DNA from: Solirubrobacteraceae bacterium
Lineage (GTDB): Bacteria; Actinomycetota; Thermoleophilia; Solirubrobacterales; Solirubrobacteraceae
DNA: 61,473 nt
Direction of reading: 5' to 3'
Assembly: GCA_040510855.1 (NCBI GenBank)
Contig: JBEVIG010000158.1
Span: 1 to 61,473 of the forward strand
Part shown: positions 8,405 to 16,332 of the stretch, piece after piece
How the letters are laid out: every line of letters begins with the position of its first letter
Numbering within the stretch: position 1 is the stretch's first letter
Position numbers and translations under genes: made by a program
The notes under the pieces: model-generated
Seen by the model: the letters and a program-made list of their open reading frames with translations, nothing else
The model's database searches: none
Told to the model about the DNA's origin: nothing

Positions 8405-9549
8405 CGAAGGAGCCGCTCGTACAGCGCCCGGTGCGCGGCGGCGATCGACTGCCGCTGCCGCTCGCGACCGGCGACCGAGGCGCGGCGGGCCGGGCCGGCG
8501 GCGTAGGCGTGGCGTACCGCCGCGACGAGCGAGTCCGCGTCGAGTCCGTCCTCGTCGTGACCGTAGATCAGGCACTCCTGCTGCTCGGCGTAGAAGCCGC
8601 AGCTGGGCGCGATCACCGCCGTGCCGAGATCGTGGCAGGCCTCGAGCCAGCCCGAGTGCGTCCCGAAGCGGTAGGGCAGCACGCACGCGTCGAGGGCGAG
8701 CAGGTAGTCCCACAGCTCGGCATCGGTGAAGTAGTCGTGCTCGTGGAGCTCCACCGCGTCGTGCGCCGTGATCAGGCCGCGCAGTGCCGCCACCACGTCG
8801 GGCGAGTAGTGATGCCCGCCCGGCTCCGACACCTCGTGGTGCAGGTCGATCCGCAGTCGCGCACCCGGCAGCCCCTCCACCGCGGCGGCGAGCGGGCGCG
8901 CCACGCCGAGGACGTCCATGTTGCTGCGCAGGCTCTTCGCGTGCAGCCCGACGACGAAGCCGTCATGCGACGGGCGGGGACGGGCCATCGTCCCGGCGTC
9001 GACGACGTGGGGGTGCGGCAGGACCTCGGCCGAGCGGCCCCAGCGCCGCTCGATCTCGTGGGCGGCGCCCGGCGTGAGCGTCACCACCGCGGCCGCCCGC
9101 TCCACGAGCACGTCGAGCTGCGCGGCATGAAGCCCGGGCTCGGGATGGTGGGGGTTGCGGAGATCGTGCACGGTGATCACGAGCGGGACGCCCGCGGCGT
9201 CCAGCGCGTCCGCGAGGTCGCGCAGTTCCTCCGGCGGCTTGGCGTCGAACCCGAAGTGGACGTGGAAGACGTCGAACGTCCCGTGGTTCTCGGCCACCCA
9301 GTCCGCCTCGAGCAGCCCGGGCGGCCACCAGCCGCCGGGCACCCGATCGGCGCCGCGCAGGGGGACGTCCGCGAGGCGCACCACGCCGTCGCGGCCGGAC
9401 GGATCGCTCAGGTGGCGGACATAGACATGGTTCGCAGGGACGGACGCGACGCGGATCGTCCGTGGTCGGACAGCCGATCCGGTCGCACTCGTGATGAGCA
9501 AGGGCTGGGACACCCGCGAGGTACGAGCCTCGTCGTCGCGGCGGATCAC
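8401..9549 (-). CDS. Glycosyltransferase-like protein (GT-B fold type), first gene of the operon
   Basis: 382-aa ORF with FDVFHVHFGFD and PLVITVHDLRNPHH segments typical of actinobacterial GT1-like proteins. Exact family is uncertain. Confidence 0.6.
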   Translation of the reverse strand: MIRRDDEARTSRVSQPLLITSATGSAVRPRTIRVASVPANHVYVRHLSDPSGRDGVVRLADVPLRGADRVPGGWWPPGLLEADWVAENHGTFDVFHVHFGFDAKPPEELRDLADALDAAGVPLVITVHDLRNPHHPEPGLHAAQLDVLVERAAAVVTLTPGAAHEIERRWGRSAEVLPHPHVVDAGTMARPRPSHDGFVVGLHAKSLRSNMDVLGVARPLAAAVEGLPGARLRIDLHHEVSEPGGHHYSPDVVAALRGLITAHDAVELHEHDYFTDAELWDYLLALDACVLPYRFGTHSGWLEACHDLGTAVIAPSCGFYAEQQECLIYGHDEDGLDADSLVAAVRHAYAAGPARRASVAGRERQRQSIAAAHRALYERLLR

Positions 9550-9674
9550 GCAAGGTGACCGTAAGCGGCCCGAGCAGGCTTCCCGGTCATGAAAGTGCGG
9601 TCGGCCGGTCCGTCAGCACTCAGTCCGCGGCGCGGCGGGTAGAGCAGAGATCCGACATCGACAGGGAGGTCCCG

Positions 9675-10166
9675 ATGGCAGAGTTGACACCGCTCGACGA
9701 GAAGCTCGGCGAGGTCCTCGGACTGGCGCAGGCGGCACAGGTCGCGACCGCGAAGGTCCGGACGCTCGAGGGCGCCGACGCCTTCGGAGACGAGCTCGAC
9801 CGGATGCACGAGCAGGCTGCCGAGACCGAGCGCCGCACCGACGAGCTCGTCGACGCCCGCGAGGGCCGCAAGACCGCGATCCGCGAGAAGGCGAGCGACA
9901 CCAAGTCCGAGGGCGCGGACATGATGAAGATCTACCTCGCAGGCGAGGAGGAGGCGCTCGACGGCTTCGAGTTCCTCAGCATGGCCGAGGCCGCCGAGCT
10001 CTGCCACTGGGAGATCGTCGCCAAGATGTCCGAGCTCACGCGCGAGTCCGACGTGCACGAGCTCGCCACCTGGTCCGTCGAGATCCAGCGTCGCCATGTC
10101 GAGACCGTCCGGCAGGCGTCGCTCACGCTCGCCGCGGACGAGGCCGGCTCGCCCGCCTCGGCCTGA
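9675..10166 (+). CDS. Hypothetical helical protein (ferritin-like/DUF892-like by eye)
   Basis: ATG 9675 follows GGGAGG at 9664-9669. 163 aa, acidic, helix-rich. Function is uncertain. Confidence 0.55.
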   Translation: MAELTPLDEKLGEVLGLAQAAQVATAKVRTLEGADAFGDELDRMHEQAAETERRTDELVDAREGRKTAIREKASDTKSEGADMMKIYLAGEEEALDGFEFLSMAEAAELCHWEIVAKMSELTRESDVHELATWSVEIQRRHVETVRQASLTLAADEAGSPASA

Positions 10167-10626
10167 TCGGCGCGTCAGGCGCGGCCAGATCCTGGGCGGT
10201 GACGAGCCGCTCGAGCCTGTCGAAGCTGTCCGTCCAGCCGTCCCTGTGAAGCGCGCGACGCGCCTCGGTCTGGAACGGGCCTTGCGTCAGGGCCACCTCC
10301 GTCACGTCACCGAGCTCCCGAAAGGCGAGGGCGACGAGTGTCTCGACGTCGTCGGGGTCGGGGTCCTCCCAGACGAACGTGAAGCCGAGGCGGGCGGGTG
10401 GTTCGACCTCGCGGAACTCCCCGGTCAGATGGAAGGCGTCGCCTTCGAGCGGCTGCATCTCGATCCGATAGCTGCCTCCGGCGCGCGGGCCGAACTCCAG
10501 GCACGGGGTGGTGAAGCCCTTCGGCCCCCACCACTTCGCCAGCTCGGCCGGATCGCAGAACGTCTCGTACACGACCGGACGCGGGGCGCGGAGAACCCGC
10601 CGCAGCGCGAGGGTCAGCACGCTCAC
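10123..10626 (-). CDS. SRPBCC-superfamily protein (AHSA1/START-like)
   Basis: PVVYETFCDPAELAKWWGPKGF and GGSYRIEMQPLEGDAFHLTGEFREVEPP are typical of Aha1-domain SRPBCC proteins. Confidence 0.75.
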   Translation of the reverse strand: MSVLTLALRRVLRAPRPVVYETFCDPAELAKWWGPKGFTTPCLEFGPRAGGSYRIEMQPLEGDAFHLTGEFREVEPPARLGFTFVWEDPDPDDVETLVALAFRELGDVTEVALTQGPFQTEARRALHRDGWTDSFDRLERLVTAQDLAAPDAPIRPRRASRPRPRRA

Positions 10627-10692
10627 GAGATCGGCTCCGCCGTAGCCATGGGGACTCCTTGCGCTCGCGGCCGGGCGCGCGAGCGAGCGGCG

Positions 10693-10854
10693 CTACTCGA
10701 CGACCTCGATCAGGGCGACGATCTCGTCGCGCGTGATCCGGGCGGCGAGTTGCGGATGGTCGCTGCGGAGATGCTCGAGCGTGAGGTCCACGACCTCATC
10801 CTCGGTCTCGCCGCGGACGATCTGGCCGCACTCGCATGTGATCTGCCTGGCCAT
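10693..10854 (-). CDS. DUF1059-like small protein
   Basis: 53 aa, MARQITCECGQIVRGETEDEVVDLTLEHLRSDHP, resembling DUF1059 small metal-binding-type proteins. Confidence 0.6.
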   Translation of the reverse strand: MARQITCECGQIVRGETEDEVVDLTLEHLRSDHPQLAARITRDEIVALIEVVE

Positions 10855-10923
10855 GGGTTGGTATCGAGGGCGATTGTCCGGGGCCGGCCTTTCACGTATG
10901 TTGGCGGAAACGTTGGAGCGAGG

Positions 10924-11682
10924 TTGGAGCGCGCCGGCAACACCTACGTGCAGCTCTGCGGGCGCTTCGTGGTGGAGTTCCACGGCCGGCGCGTCGAGCA
11001 GCGCTTCCCCGGCCGGCAGGGTCGGGCCCTGTTTGCGTACCTCGTGCTCCAGCGGCCGCGCGACGTCGGTCGCGACGAGCTGATCGAAGCGATCTGGTCA
11101 CGCACCCTCCCGGTCGACCATGCCGCTGCGCTCACCGTGCTCCTGTCGAAGCTGCGCGCCGCCGTGGGGGCGGATGTCCTCGCGGGCCGCGGCAGCGTGC
11201 ACGTCGCCCTGCCGCCCGGCACCCGGGTCGATGTCGAGCAGGCGCTCGCCGCAGTGCATCGCGCCGAGTCGGCCGTCGTGCAAGGCGAGTGGGTCCGCGC
11301 GTGGAGCGCCGCCCTCTGCGCCCGGTACGTGACCGAGCGCGCACTGCTGCCGGACCACGACCTGCCGTGGCTGGACGCGTGGCGGCGACGCCTCGACGAA
11401 GCGCGCGACAGCGCGTTGGAAGCCTATGCCGCCGCGTGCCTGGGGCTCGGCGGCACCGAGGTCGCCGGCGCCGAGCGCGCAGCGCGACGCCTGTTGGAGC
11501 GCAACCCACTGCGCGAGACCGGCTACGGCCTGCTCATGCAGGCCCTCGCCGCCCGTGGCAACGTCGCCGAGGCCCTCCGCGTCTACGAGCAGGCGCGGAC
11601 CGTGCTCCGCGACGAGCTCGGCATCCCACCGGGCCCCGCAATCCATGACATCCACTCGACACTGCTCGGCCGCTGCGGGTGA
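10924..11682 (+). CDS. SARP-family transcriptional regulator (wHTH plus BTAD)
   Basis: QLCGRFVVEFHGRRV..RALFAYLVL..RDELIEAIW, and a C-terminal BTAD (RETGYGLLMQALAARGNVAEALRVYEQARTVLRDELGIPPGP). TTG 10924 lies behind GGAG; alternative GTG 10948. Confidence 0.75.
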   Translation: MERAGNTYVQLCGRFVVEFHGRRVEQRFPGRQGRALFAYLVLQRPRDVGRDELIEAIWSRTLPVDHAAALTVLLSKLRAAVGADVLAGRGSVHVALPPGTRVDVEQALAAVHRAESAVVQGEWVRAWSAALCARYVTERALLPDHDLPWLDAWRRRLDEARDSALEAYAAACLGLGGTEVAGAERAARRLLERNPLRETGYGLLMQALAARGNVAEALRVYEQARTVLRDELGIPPGPAIHDIHSTLLGRCG

Positions 11683-11684
11683 CG

Positions 11685-12226
11685 TCACGTCTCCGCGAGC
11701 AGCTCGACGACCGTGCTGAGCGACGGCCGGCCGACCCGCGGCCCGAGCGACAGCGAGAGCGGCGGCTCGAGCGACGCCGCCCCGGGCCAGGGGCGACGCT
11801 CGCCCATCAGGATCGCCAGCACCTGCTCGTCGCGGCCGCCGTCCGAGAACGGATGCTCTCCGGTTGCCCACCACCAGAAGCTCGCGGCGAGCGAGAAGAC
11901 GTCGTCCGGCCGGGTCGGCCGCGCCCCGTCGAGCAGCTCGGGCGGCTCGAAGACGGCGAGATGCCCGGGAGCGACGCCGGCATCGCCTGTCGCGCCGCCG
12001 GGCGCGGGCGGCGCGACCGTCCCCGTGCCGTTCCGGAGCAGGTACGAGACCGCCGCGTTCCCGGCCGAACCCTGGAGCGCCAGGATGGACGCCGGCCGCG
12101 TCAGCGAGTCCGGCGCAAGGCGCTCAGGGCCGCCGGTCTCGGCAGCCTCGGGAGTCCCGGTCGGGGGGCGGGTTCGCGCTGGGCCTCGCCGGGACGACGG
12201 CCAGCGGGGTGTTGCACTGACCTGAA
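11685..12226 (-). pseudogene. Kinase C-lobe-like remnant preceded by an LQGSAGNAAV motif; no canonical start codon
   Basis: The in-frame tail reads ...ILALQGSAGNAAVSYLL...PPELLDGARPTRPDDVFSLAASFWWWATGEHPF..., matching Ser/Thr kinase subdomains VIII-XI. No N-lobe, HRD or DFG. No ATG/GTG/TTG between the upstream stop (12227) and the motif. Confidence 0.4.
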
Positions 12227-13561
12227 CTATGCCAGGGGCGGCCGGATGCGCTCGCAGGCCCGCACCCGGTCGGTCGGTTCGATGCCCCGGGCGCGGTCCA
12301 CGCCCCGGCCGCAGTCGAGGCGGTCGCGCTGCGCGCCGGGGGCGACGCTGTCGCGGCCCCGGCCCGTCCGGATGCGGTCCCGGCCGGCGCCGGCCGTGAC
12401 CCGGTCGGCACCCGCGCCGGTGCGGACGCGGTCGTTCCCGCCACGCGGGCAGACGACGTCGTCCCCGCGGCCCGAGACGATACGGTCGGCGCGCCGCGAG
12501 CCGACGATCACGTCGTCGCCGCGCGTGCCGCGGGTGATCCCGCCGCCCGGCACGGCGAGGATGGTCGCGCGGCGGCCGAGGCAGCGCGCGGTGATCGTGT
12601 ACTCGATCGTCACCGAGGGGTCGGCTCCGTCGCCGTTGATCGTGACCGTCCCGCCCGCGGGGACCAGCGACGAGCCGCCGCCCCCGCCGCCCCCGGCGCC
12701 GTCGAAGTCGGCCTGGACCGGATCGAAGACGCCCTGACCGCCCTGGCCGCCGCCGTAGAGGCCGCCGCCGCCACCACCGCCGCCGACGCCCATGGCGGTG
12801 TTGCCGCCACCGCCGCTGCCCAGCGACCCGTCGCCGCCCTTCGCCCCGTCCGTCGGATCGCCGTCGCAGCCGAAGGTCCCGCCGGCACCGCCGCTTCCGC
12901 CCGCCGTGGCCGTGCCCGGGCGACCGCCGCCGCCGGCGCCCTTGCGGGTCGTGCAGACGTTCGTGCCGTTGTTGCCCGGCTGCCCCGCCGCGCCGCCGAC
13001 GCCGCCGTCGAAGTACCCGTTGTCGTAGGCGACCCAGACGGGCGCCCCCGCACCGCCGCCACCGCCGGCGATCAGCAGGCGGGGATCCGGGCTGAGCCCG
13101 GCGGAGAACGGCGCCGTGCGGACGTCCGACGCGCCGCCTCCGCCGCCACCGCCGGGGCCCCCGCGCCGGGCGTCGCCCGCGCCGCCGCCGTTGAAGCCGC
13201 CCGCGCTCGTGAACCAGCCGGCGTCGCCGGGAGCGCCGACCTGGACGTACAGCGTCTGGCCGGCCGTCACCGGCAGCGTGCCGCGCGCGATCGCGCCCGG
13301 GCCGCCCGGCACCTGGCCGTCGTCCTCGCGGGTTCCGGACTGGCCGCCGGGCGCGCCGACCGCCTCGACGTCCACGCGGTCGATGCTCGCCGGGACCGTG
13401 AACGGCTGGTCGGGAGCGCCGGCCGAGTACCAGGCGCACGTCACGGTGCTCCCCGATTGAGTGCAGTTGCCGGGCAGCGCTGCCTGCGCCGGGCTTACGA
13501 TCACGAGCGGTGCGAGGACGGCTGCCGGGCCGATGAGAGCGAAGCGGGACGGAAGGCGCAT
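12227..13561 (-). CDS. Secreted glycine-rich-domain protein with C-terminal RTX-like Ca-binding repeats
   Basis: Signal peptide MRLPSRFALIGPAAVLAPLVIVSPAQA. Gly-rich core (GGFNGGGAGD, GGGGGGASDVR, LLIAGGGGGAG) like bacterial 'glycine rich protein' domains. C-terminal repeats are GxxxDRV/GDD type. Confidence 0.8.
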   Translation of the reverse strand: MRLPSRFALIGPAAVLAPLVIVSPAQAALPGNCTQSGSTVTCAWYSAGAPDQPFTVPASIDRVDVEAVGAPGGQSGTREDDGQVPGGPGAIARGTLPVTAGQTLYVQVGAPGDAGWFTSAGGFNGGGAGDARRGGPGGGGGGGASDVRTAPFSAGLSPDPRLLIAGGGGGAGAPVWVAYDNGYFDGGVGGAAGQPGNNGTNVCTTRKGAGGGGRPGTATAGGSGGAGGTFGCDGDPTDGAKGGDGSLGSGGGGNTAMGVGGGGGGGGLYGGGQGGQGVFDPVQADFDGAGGGGGGGSSLVPAGGTVTINGDGADPSVTIEYTITARCLGRRATILAVPGGGITRGTRGDDVIVGSRRADRIVSGRGDDVVCPRGGNDRVRTGAGADRVTAGAGRDRIRTGRGRDSVAPGAQRDRLDCGRGVDRARGIEPTDRVRACERIRPPLA

Positions 13562-13656
13562 GACCGCACCTTCCCACGGCTGGCAAACGCGGCGCTGGAA
13601 TCCGCCCGACGGTCGCGAGCGAGCCGAGCGTCCGCGCCGTGTCGCGCGTCCGCGGG

Positions 13657-14979
13657 CTAGAGCAGGACGCCGGGGTTGAGCGTCCCGGCGGGGTCGAGCG
13701 CGCGCTTGATCGCGCCCATCGCGGCCACCTCCTCCGGGGTGCGGGTGAGGCCGAGGAAGCGGCGCTTGGCCACGCCGACGCCGTGCTCGGCGCTGATCGA
13801 GCCACCGTGCTGTGCCACGAGCGCGAGCACGGCCTCGTCGACCCGCTCGTCGTCCGGCGGGAGGCCGAGGACGTTGACGTGGAGGTTGCCGTCGCCGAGG
13901 TGGCCCCAGAGGATCGCCCGCCCGCCGAGGCCGTCGACCACGTCGACGGCCGCGGCGGCGAACGCGGGCATCGCGCCGATCGGGACGGAGACGTCGAGCT
14001 TGTGGGGCACGCCGGCGGCGTTGACGGCGGGGTTGAGCGCCTCGCGATAGCGCCAGAGCGCCTCCCGGCGCGCGGTGTCGTCGGCCACGGCGACGTCCTC
14101 GTGGTCGCCGATCGCGTCGGCGAGCGGCTCGAGCTCGCCGTCGGTCTCGAGCAGGACGTACACGGGGTGCTCGGCCGCGAGCGGGTGGGGGAGCCGGAGG
14201 TGCTCGCGCACGAGCGTCATGCCGGCGGCGTCGAAGACCTCCGCGGCCTGCAAGCCGGGCACCGTCGCGCGTGCGCCGGAGACCAGTGCGGCCGCGGCCT
14301 CCATGGACGGCACGCCGAGCAGGGCCGCGACCGGCCGCCGCGCCGCCGCGACCAGTTGGAGCCGCACCGCGGTGATGACGCCGAGCGTGCCCTCCGAGCC
14401 GACGAGGAGCGCCGGGAGGTCGTAGCCGGCGTTGTCCTTGACCAGGCCGGAGAGCCGCCGTAGCACGCGGCCGTCGGCCAGCACCGCCTCAAGCCCCGCC
14501 ACGCGCGCGCGCATGGTGCCGTGGCGCAGGACCTGCGCGCCGCCGGCGTCCGTGGCGGCCATGCCGCCGATCGTCGCCGCGTCGCGCGCGCCGAAGTCGA
14601 CCCCGAGCGCCAGCCCGGTGCCGCGCAGCGCCTCGGCCAGCGCCGCGGGCGTCACGCCGGCGCCCACCGTGACCTGCCGGGCAGCCGGGTCGACCGGCCC
14701 GATGGGCGTCAACCGCGCGAGCGAGAGGACGACCTCGCCACCGCGCGGCACGCCCCCGCCGACCAGCCCGGTGTTCCCGCCCTGCGGCACGACGGCCGCG
14801 CCCGCCCTCGAGCAGGCCGCGAGCACGGCCGAGACCTCCTCGACCGATCCGGGGCGGGCGACGGCCGCGGCCGGTCCGCCGAAGCGGCCGGTGACGTCGC
14901 GCTCGTAGCGTGGCTCGCCGGGGAGGACGTGCGCGGGGCCGACGATGCGCTGGAGCTCGTCGAGCAGGTCGGCGTGCAT
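13657..14979 (-). CDS. FAD-binding oxidase (GlcD / D-lactate dehydrogenase-like)
   Basis: 440 aa with PQGGNTGLVGG, GSEGTLGVIT and a C-terminal GGSISAEHGVG motif. Confidence 0.85.
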   Translation of the reverse strand: MHADLLDELQRIVGPAHVLPGEPRYERDVTGRFGGPAAAVARPGSVEEVSAVLAACSRAGAAVVPQGGNTGLVGGGVPRGGEVVLSLARLTPIGPVDPAARQVTVGAGVTPAALAEALRGTGLALGVDFGARDAATIGGMAATDAGGAQVLRHGTMRARVAGLEAVLADGRVLRRLSGLVKDNAGYDLPALLVGSEGTLGVITAVRLQLVAAARRPVAALLGVPSMEAAAALVSGARATVPGLQAAEVFDAAGMTLVREHLRLPHPLAAEHPVYVLLETDGELEPLADAIGDHEDVAVADDTARREALWRYREALNPAVNAAGVPHKLDVSVPIGAMPAFAAAAVDVVDGLGGRAILWGHLGDGNLHVNVLGLPPDDERVDEAVLALVAQHGGSISAEHGVGVAKRRFLGLTRTPEEVAAMGAIKRALDPAGTLNPGVLL

Positions 14980-15011
14980 GACGAGCGCACCTTAGCCGAG
15001 CTTGTGTCTAG

Positions 15012-15022
15012 TTGTCAGACAA
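15012..15022. promoter_or_regulatory. Candidate GntR/FadR-type operator
   Basis: Perfect palindrome TTGTCAGACAA in the AT-richer 58-nt divergent promoter region between the oxidase gene and the HAD-like/GntR operon. Fits the GT-N-AC core of FadR-type sites. Confidence 0.5.
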
Positions 15023-15037
15023 TGTAGGGTCAGCCAG

Positions 15038-15625
15038 ATGGAGGAGAGGGACCGCGGCGTCGCCGCAGTCACGCTGTCGTTCCGTGGGGTCCTGGTCGAC
15101 CTGGACGCCGCGGAGGAGTGGTTCGTCTGCGAGCTCGCGCGTCGCAACGGGCAGATGCCGATGGATCGCGGCCGCGCGCTCGCGCGCCGTCTGCGCGCGC
15201 TGCAGGCGGAGCTCGGCGGACTCGCCGCGGCCGCCGAGGCGCTCGCCGACGAGCGCGGCTTCCGCTGGGCGCCGCTCGGGCCGGAAGCGGTCGCGGCGAC
15301 GGCCGCCGCATGCCGTACGCTTGCCCCGGTGCGCCCCATGCTCGAGCGTCTGGAGGTCCCCGCGCTCGCCGTCGCCGCCGCCGAGCCCGAGCTCGTCGAG
15401 AGCGCATTGCGCCCGCTGGACGGGGCCTTCGCGGCGGTCGTGACCGGGCGCGGCCCGCGCGCCGTGCTCCGCGCCGCCCTCGAGCGCGCCGGCGCGCCCG
15501 CCGGCCGCGTCGTGCATGTCGGCACCGATCGTGCCGAGCTCCGCGCCGCCGCCGCCCTCGGCATGCGCGTCGCACACCCCGCCGCGCTGGCGGAGGCGGT
15601 GCGACCTCTCGCCGCGGCGTCATGA
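15038..15625 (+). CDS. HAD-like hydrolase (degenerate motifs)
   Basis: VLVDLDAAEE (DxD) and VVHVGTDRAELRAAAALGMRV (motif IV-like). ATGA overlap with the next gene. Confidence 0.45.
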   Translation: MEERDRGVAAVTLSFRGVLVDLDAAEEWFVCELARRNGQMPMDRGRALARRLRALQAELGGLAAAAEALADERGFRWAPLGPEAVAATAAACRTLAPVRPMLERLEVPALAVAAAEPELVESALRPLDGAFAAVVTGRGPRAVLRAALERAGAPAGRVVHVGTDRAELRAAAALGMRVAHPAALAEAVRPLAAAS

Positions 15626-16284
15626 CGCTGCAGCTGCAACCCGTCTCCGCGACGGAGGCGCTGGCGCGTTCCCTGCGCGACCGCATCCTCAGCGGCGAGA
15701 TCGAGCCCGGTTCCCGGCTGCCGGAGCTGGAGCTCGTCCGCAGCTACGGCGTCGCGCGGCCCACCGTGCGCGAGGCGCTGCAGCTCCTCGTCCACCAGGG
15801 GCTCCTCCAGCGCCGTCCCAACCACAGCGCGTGCGTGCCCGAGCTCACCCCCGCCGCGGTCGAGGACATCTTCTACGCGCGCGCGCCACTCGAGCTGCAC
15901 ACGGTCCGGACGCTGGCCGAGCGCGGCGAGGAGATCCCCGCGGCCCGCGCCGCCGTCGAGCGCTTCGAGGCGCTCGGCGACAAGGCGCACTGGAGCGAAG
16001 CGGTCGACGCCGACCTCGCCTTCCACGTGGCGTTGATCGACGCCGTCGGCTCACCCCGCCTCGCGCGGCTCCACGCCGCGCTCGAGGGGGAGATCCGGCT
16101 GTGCATCGCGCAGCTGCGGCCGGCGTGGCACACGCCCTCCGCGCTGGCCGAGGAGCACCGGCAGGTGCTCGACGGCATCCTCGCCGGCTCACCCCCTGCG
16201 GCCGAGGCGCGCATGCGCGAGCACCTCGACAAGGCGGTGCGCGACCTCACGGGCCGCGCCCGCGAGCGCGAGCGCGACGCCTGA
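15622..16284 (+). CDS. GntR-family (FadR/FCD subfamily) transcriptional regulator
   Basis: LRDRILSGEIEPGSRLPELELVRSYGVARPTVREALQLL HTH plus a helical FCD-like C-terminus. Confidence 0.85.
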   Translation: MTLQLQPVSATEALARSLRDRILSGEIEPGSRLPELELVRSYGVARPTVREALQLLVHQGLLQRRPNHSACVPELTPAAVEDIFYARAPLELHTVRTLAERGEEIPAARAAVERFEALGDKAHWSEAVDADLAFHVALIDAVGSPRLARLHAALEGEIRLCIAQLRPAWHTPSALAEEHRQVLDGILAGSPPAAEARMREHLDKAVRDLTGRARERERDA

Positions 16285-16286
16285 CG

Positions 16287-16327
16287 CGCCGGCCGGGCCG
16301 GGAGTGCGGCCGACCCGGCCGGGCGCT
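16287..16327. terminator. Candidate bidirectional GC hairpin between convergent genes
   Basis: GCGCCGGCCGGG pairs with CCCGGCCGGGCGC (one bulge). No U-tract. Confidence 0.35.
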
Positions 16328-16332
16328 CTCCC

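Noticed and set aside
10123-10166. 44-nt convergent overlap between the helical-protein gene (ends 10166) and the SRPBCC gene (ends 10123).
   Set aside because: Convergent 3-prime overlaps caused by delayed stop codons are common in GC-rich genomes. Both C-terminal tails are low-complexity and probably dispensable. I see no evidence of functional antisense regulation.
12640-13200. Highly repetitive GGC/GCC-rich DNA that looks like a tandem repeat or array.
   Set aside because: It is the coding sequence of poly-glycine blocks. There are no regularly spaced identical repeats with unique spacers, so it is not a CRISPR array or a satellite.
11685-13805. 706-aa ORF spanning the glycine-rich gene on the same strand.
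   Set aside because: Most of it is Arg/Pro-rich nonsense produced by the GGC-rich repeats. The 444-aa frame (12227-13561) has a signal peptide and coherent domains. Only the last roughly 150 codons (11685-12130) look protein-like, and they are treated separately as a remnant.
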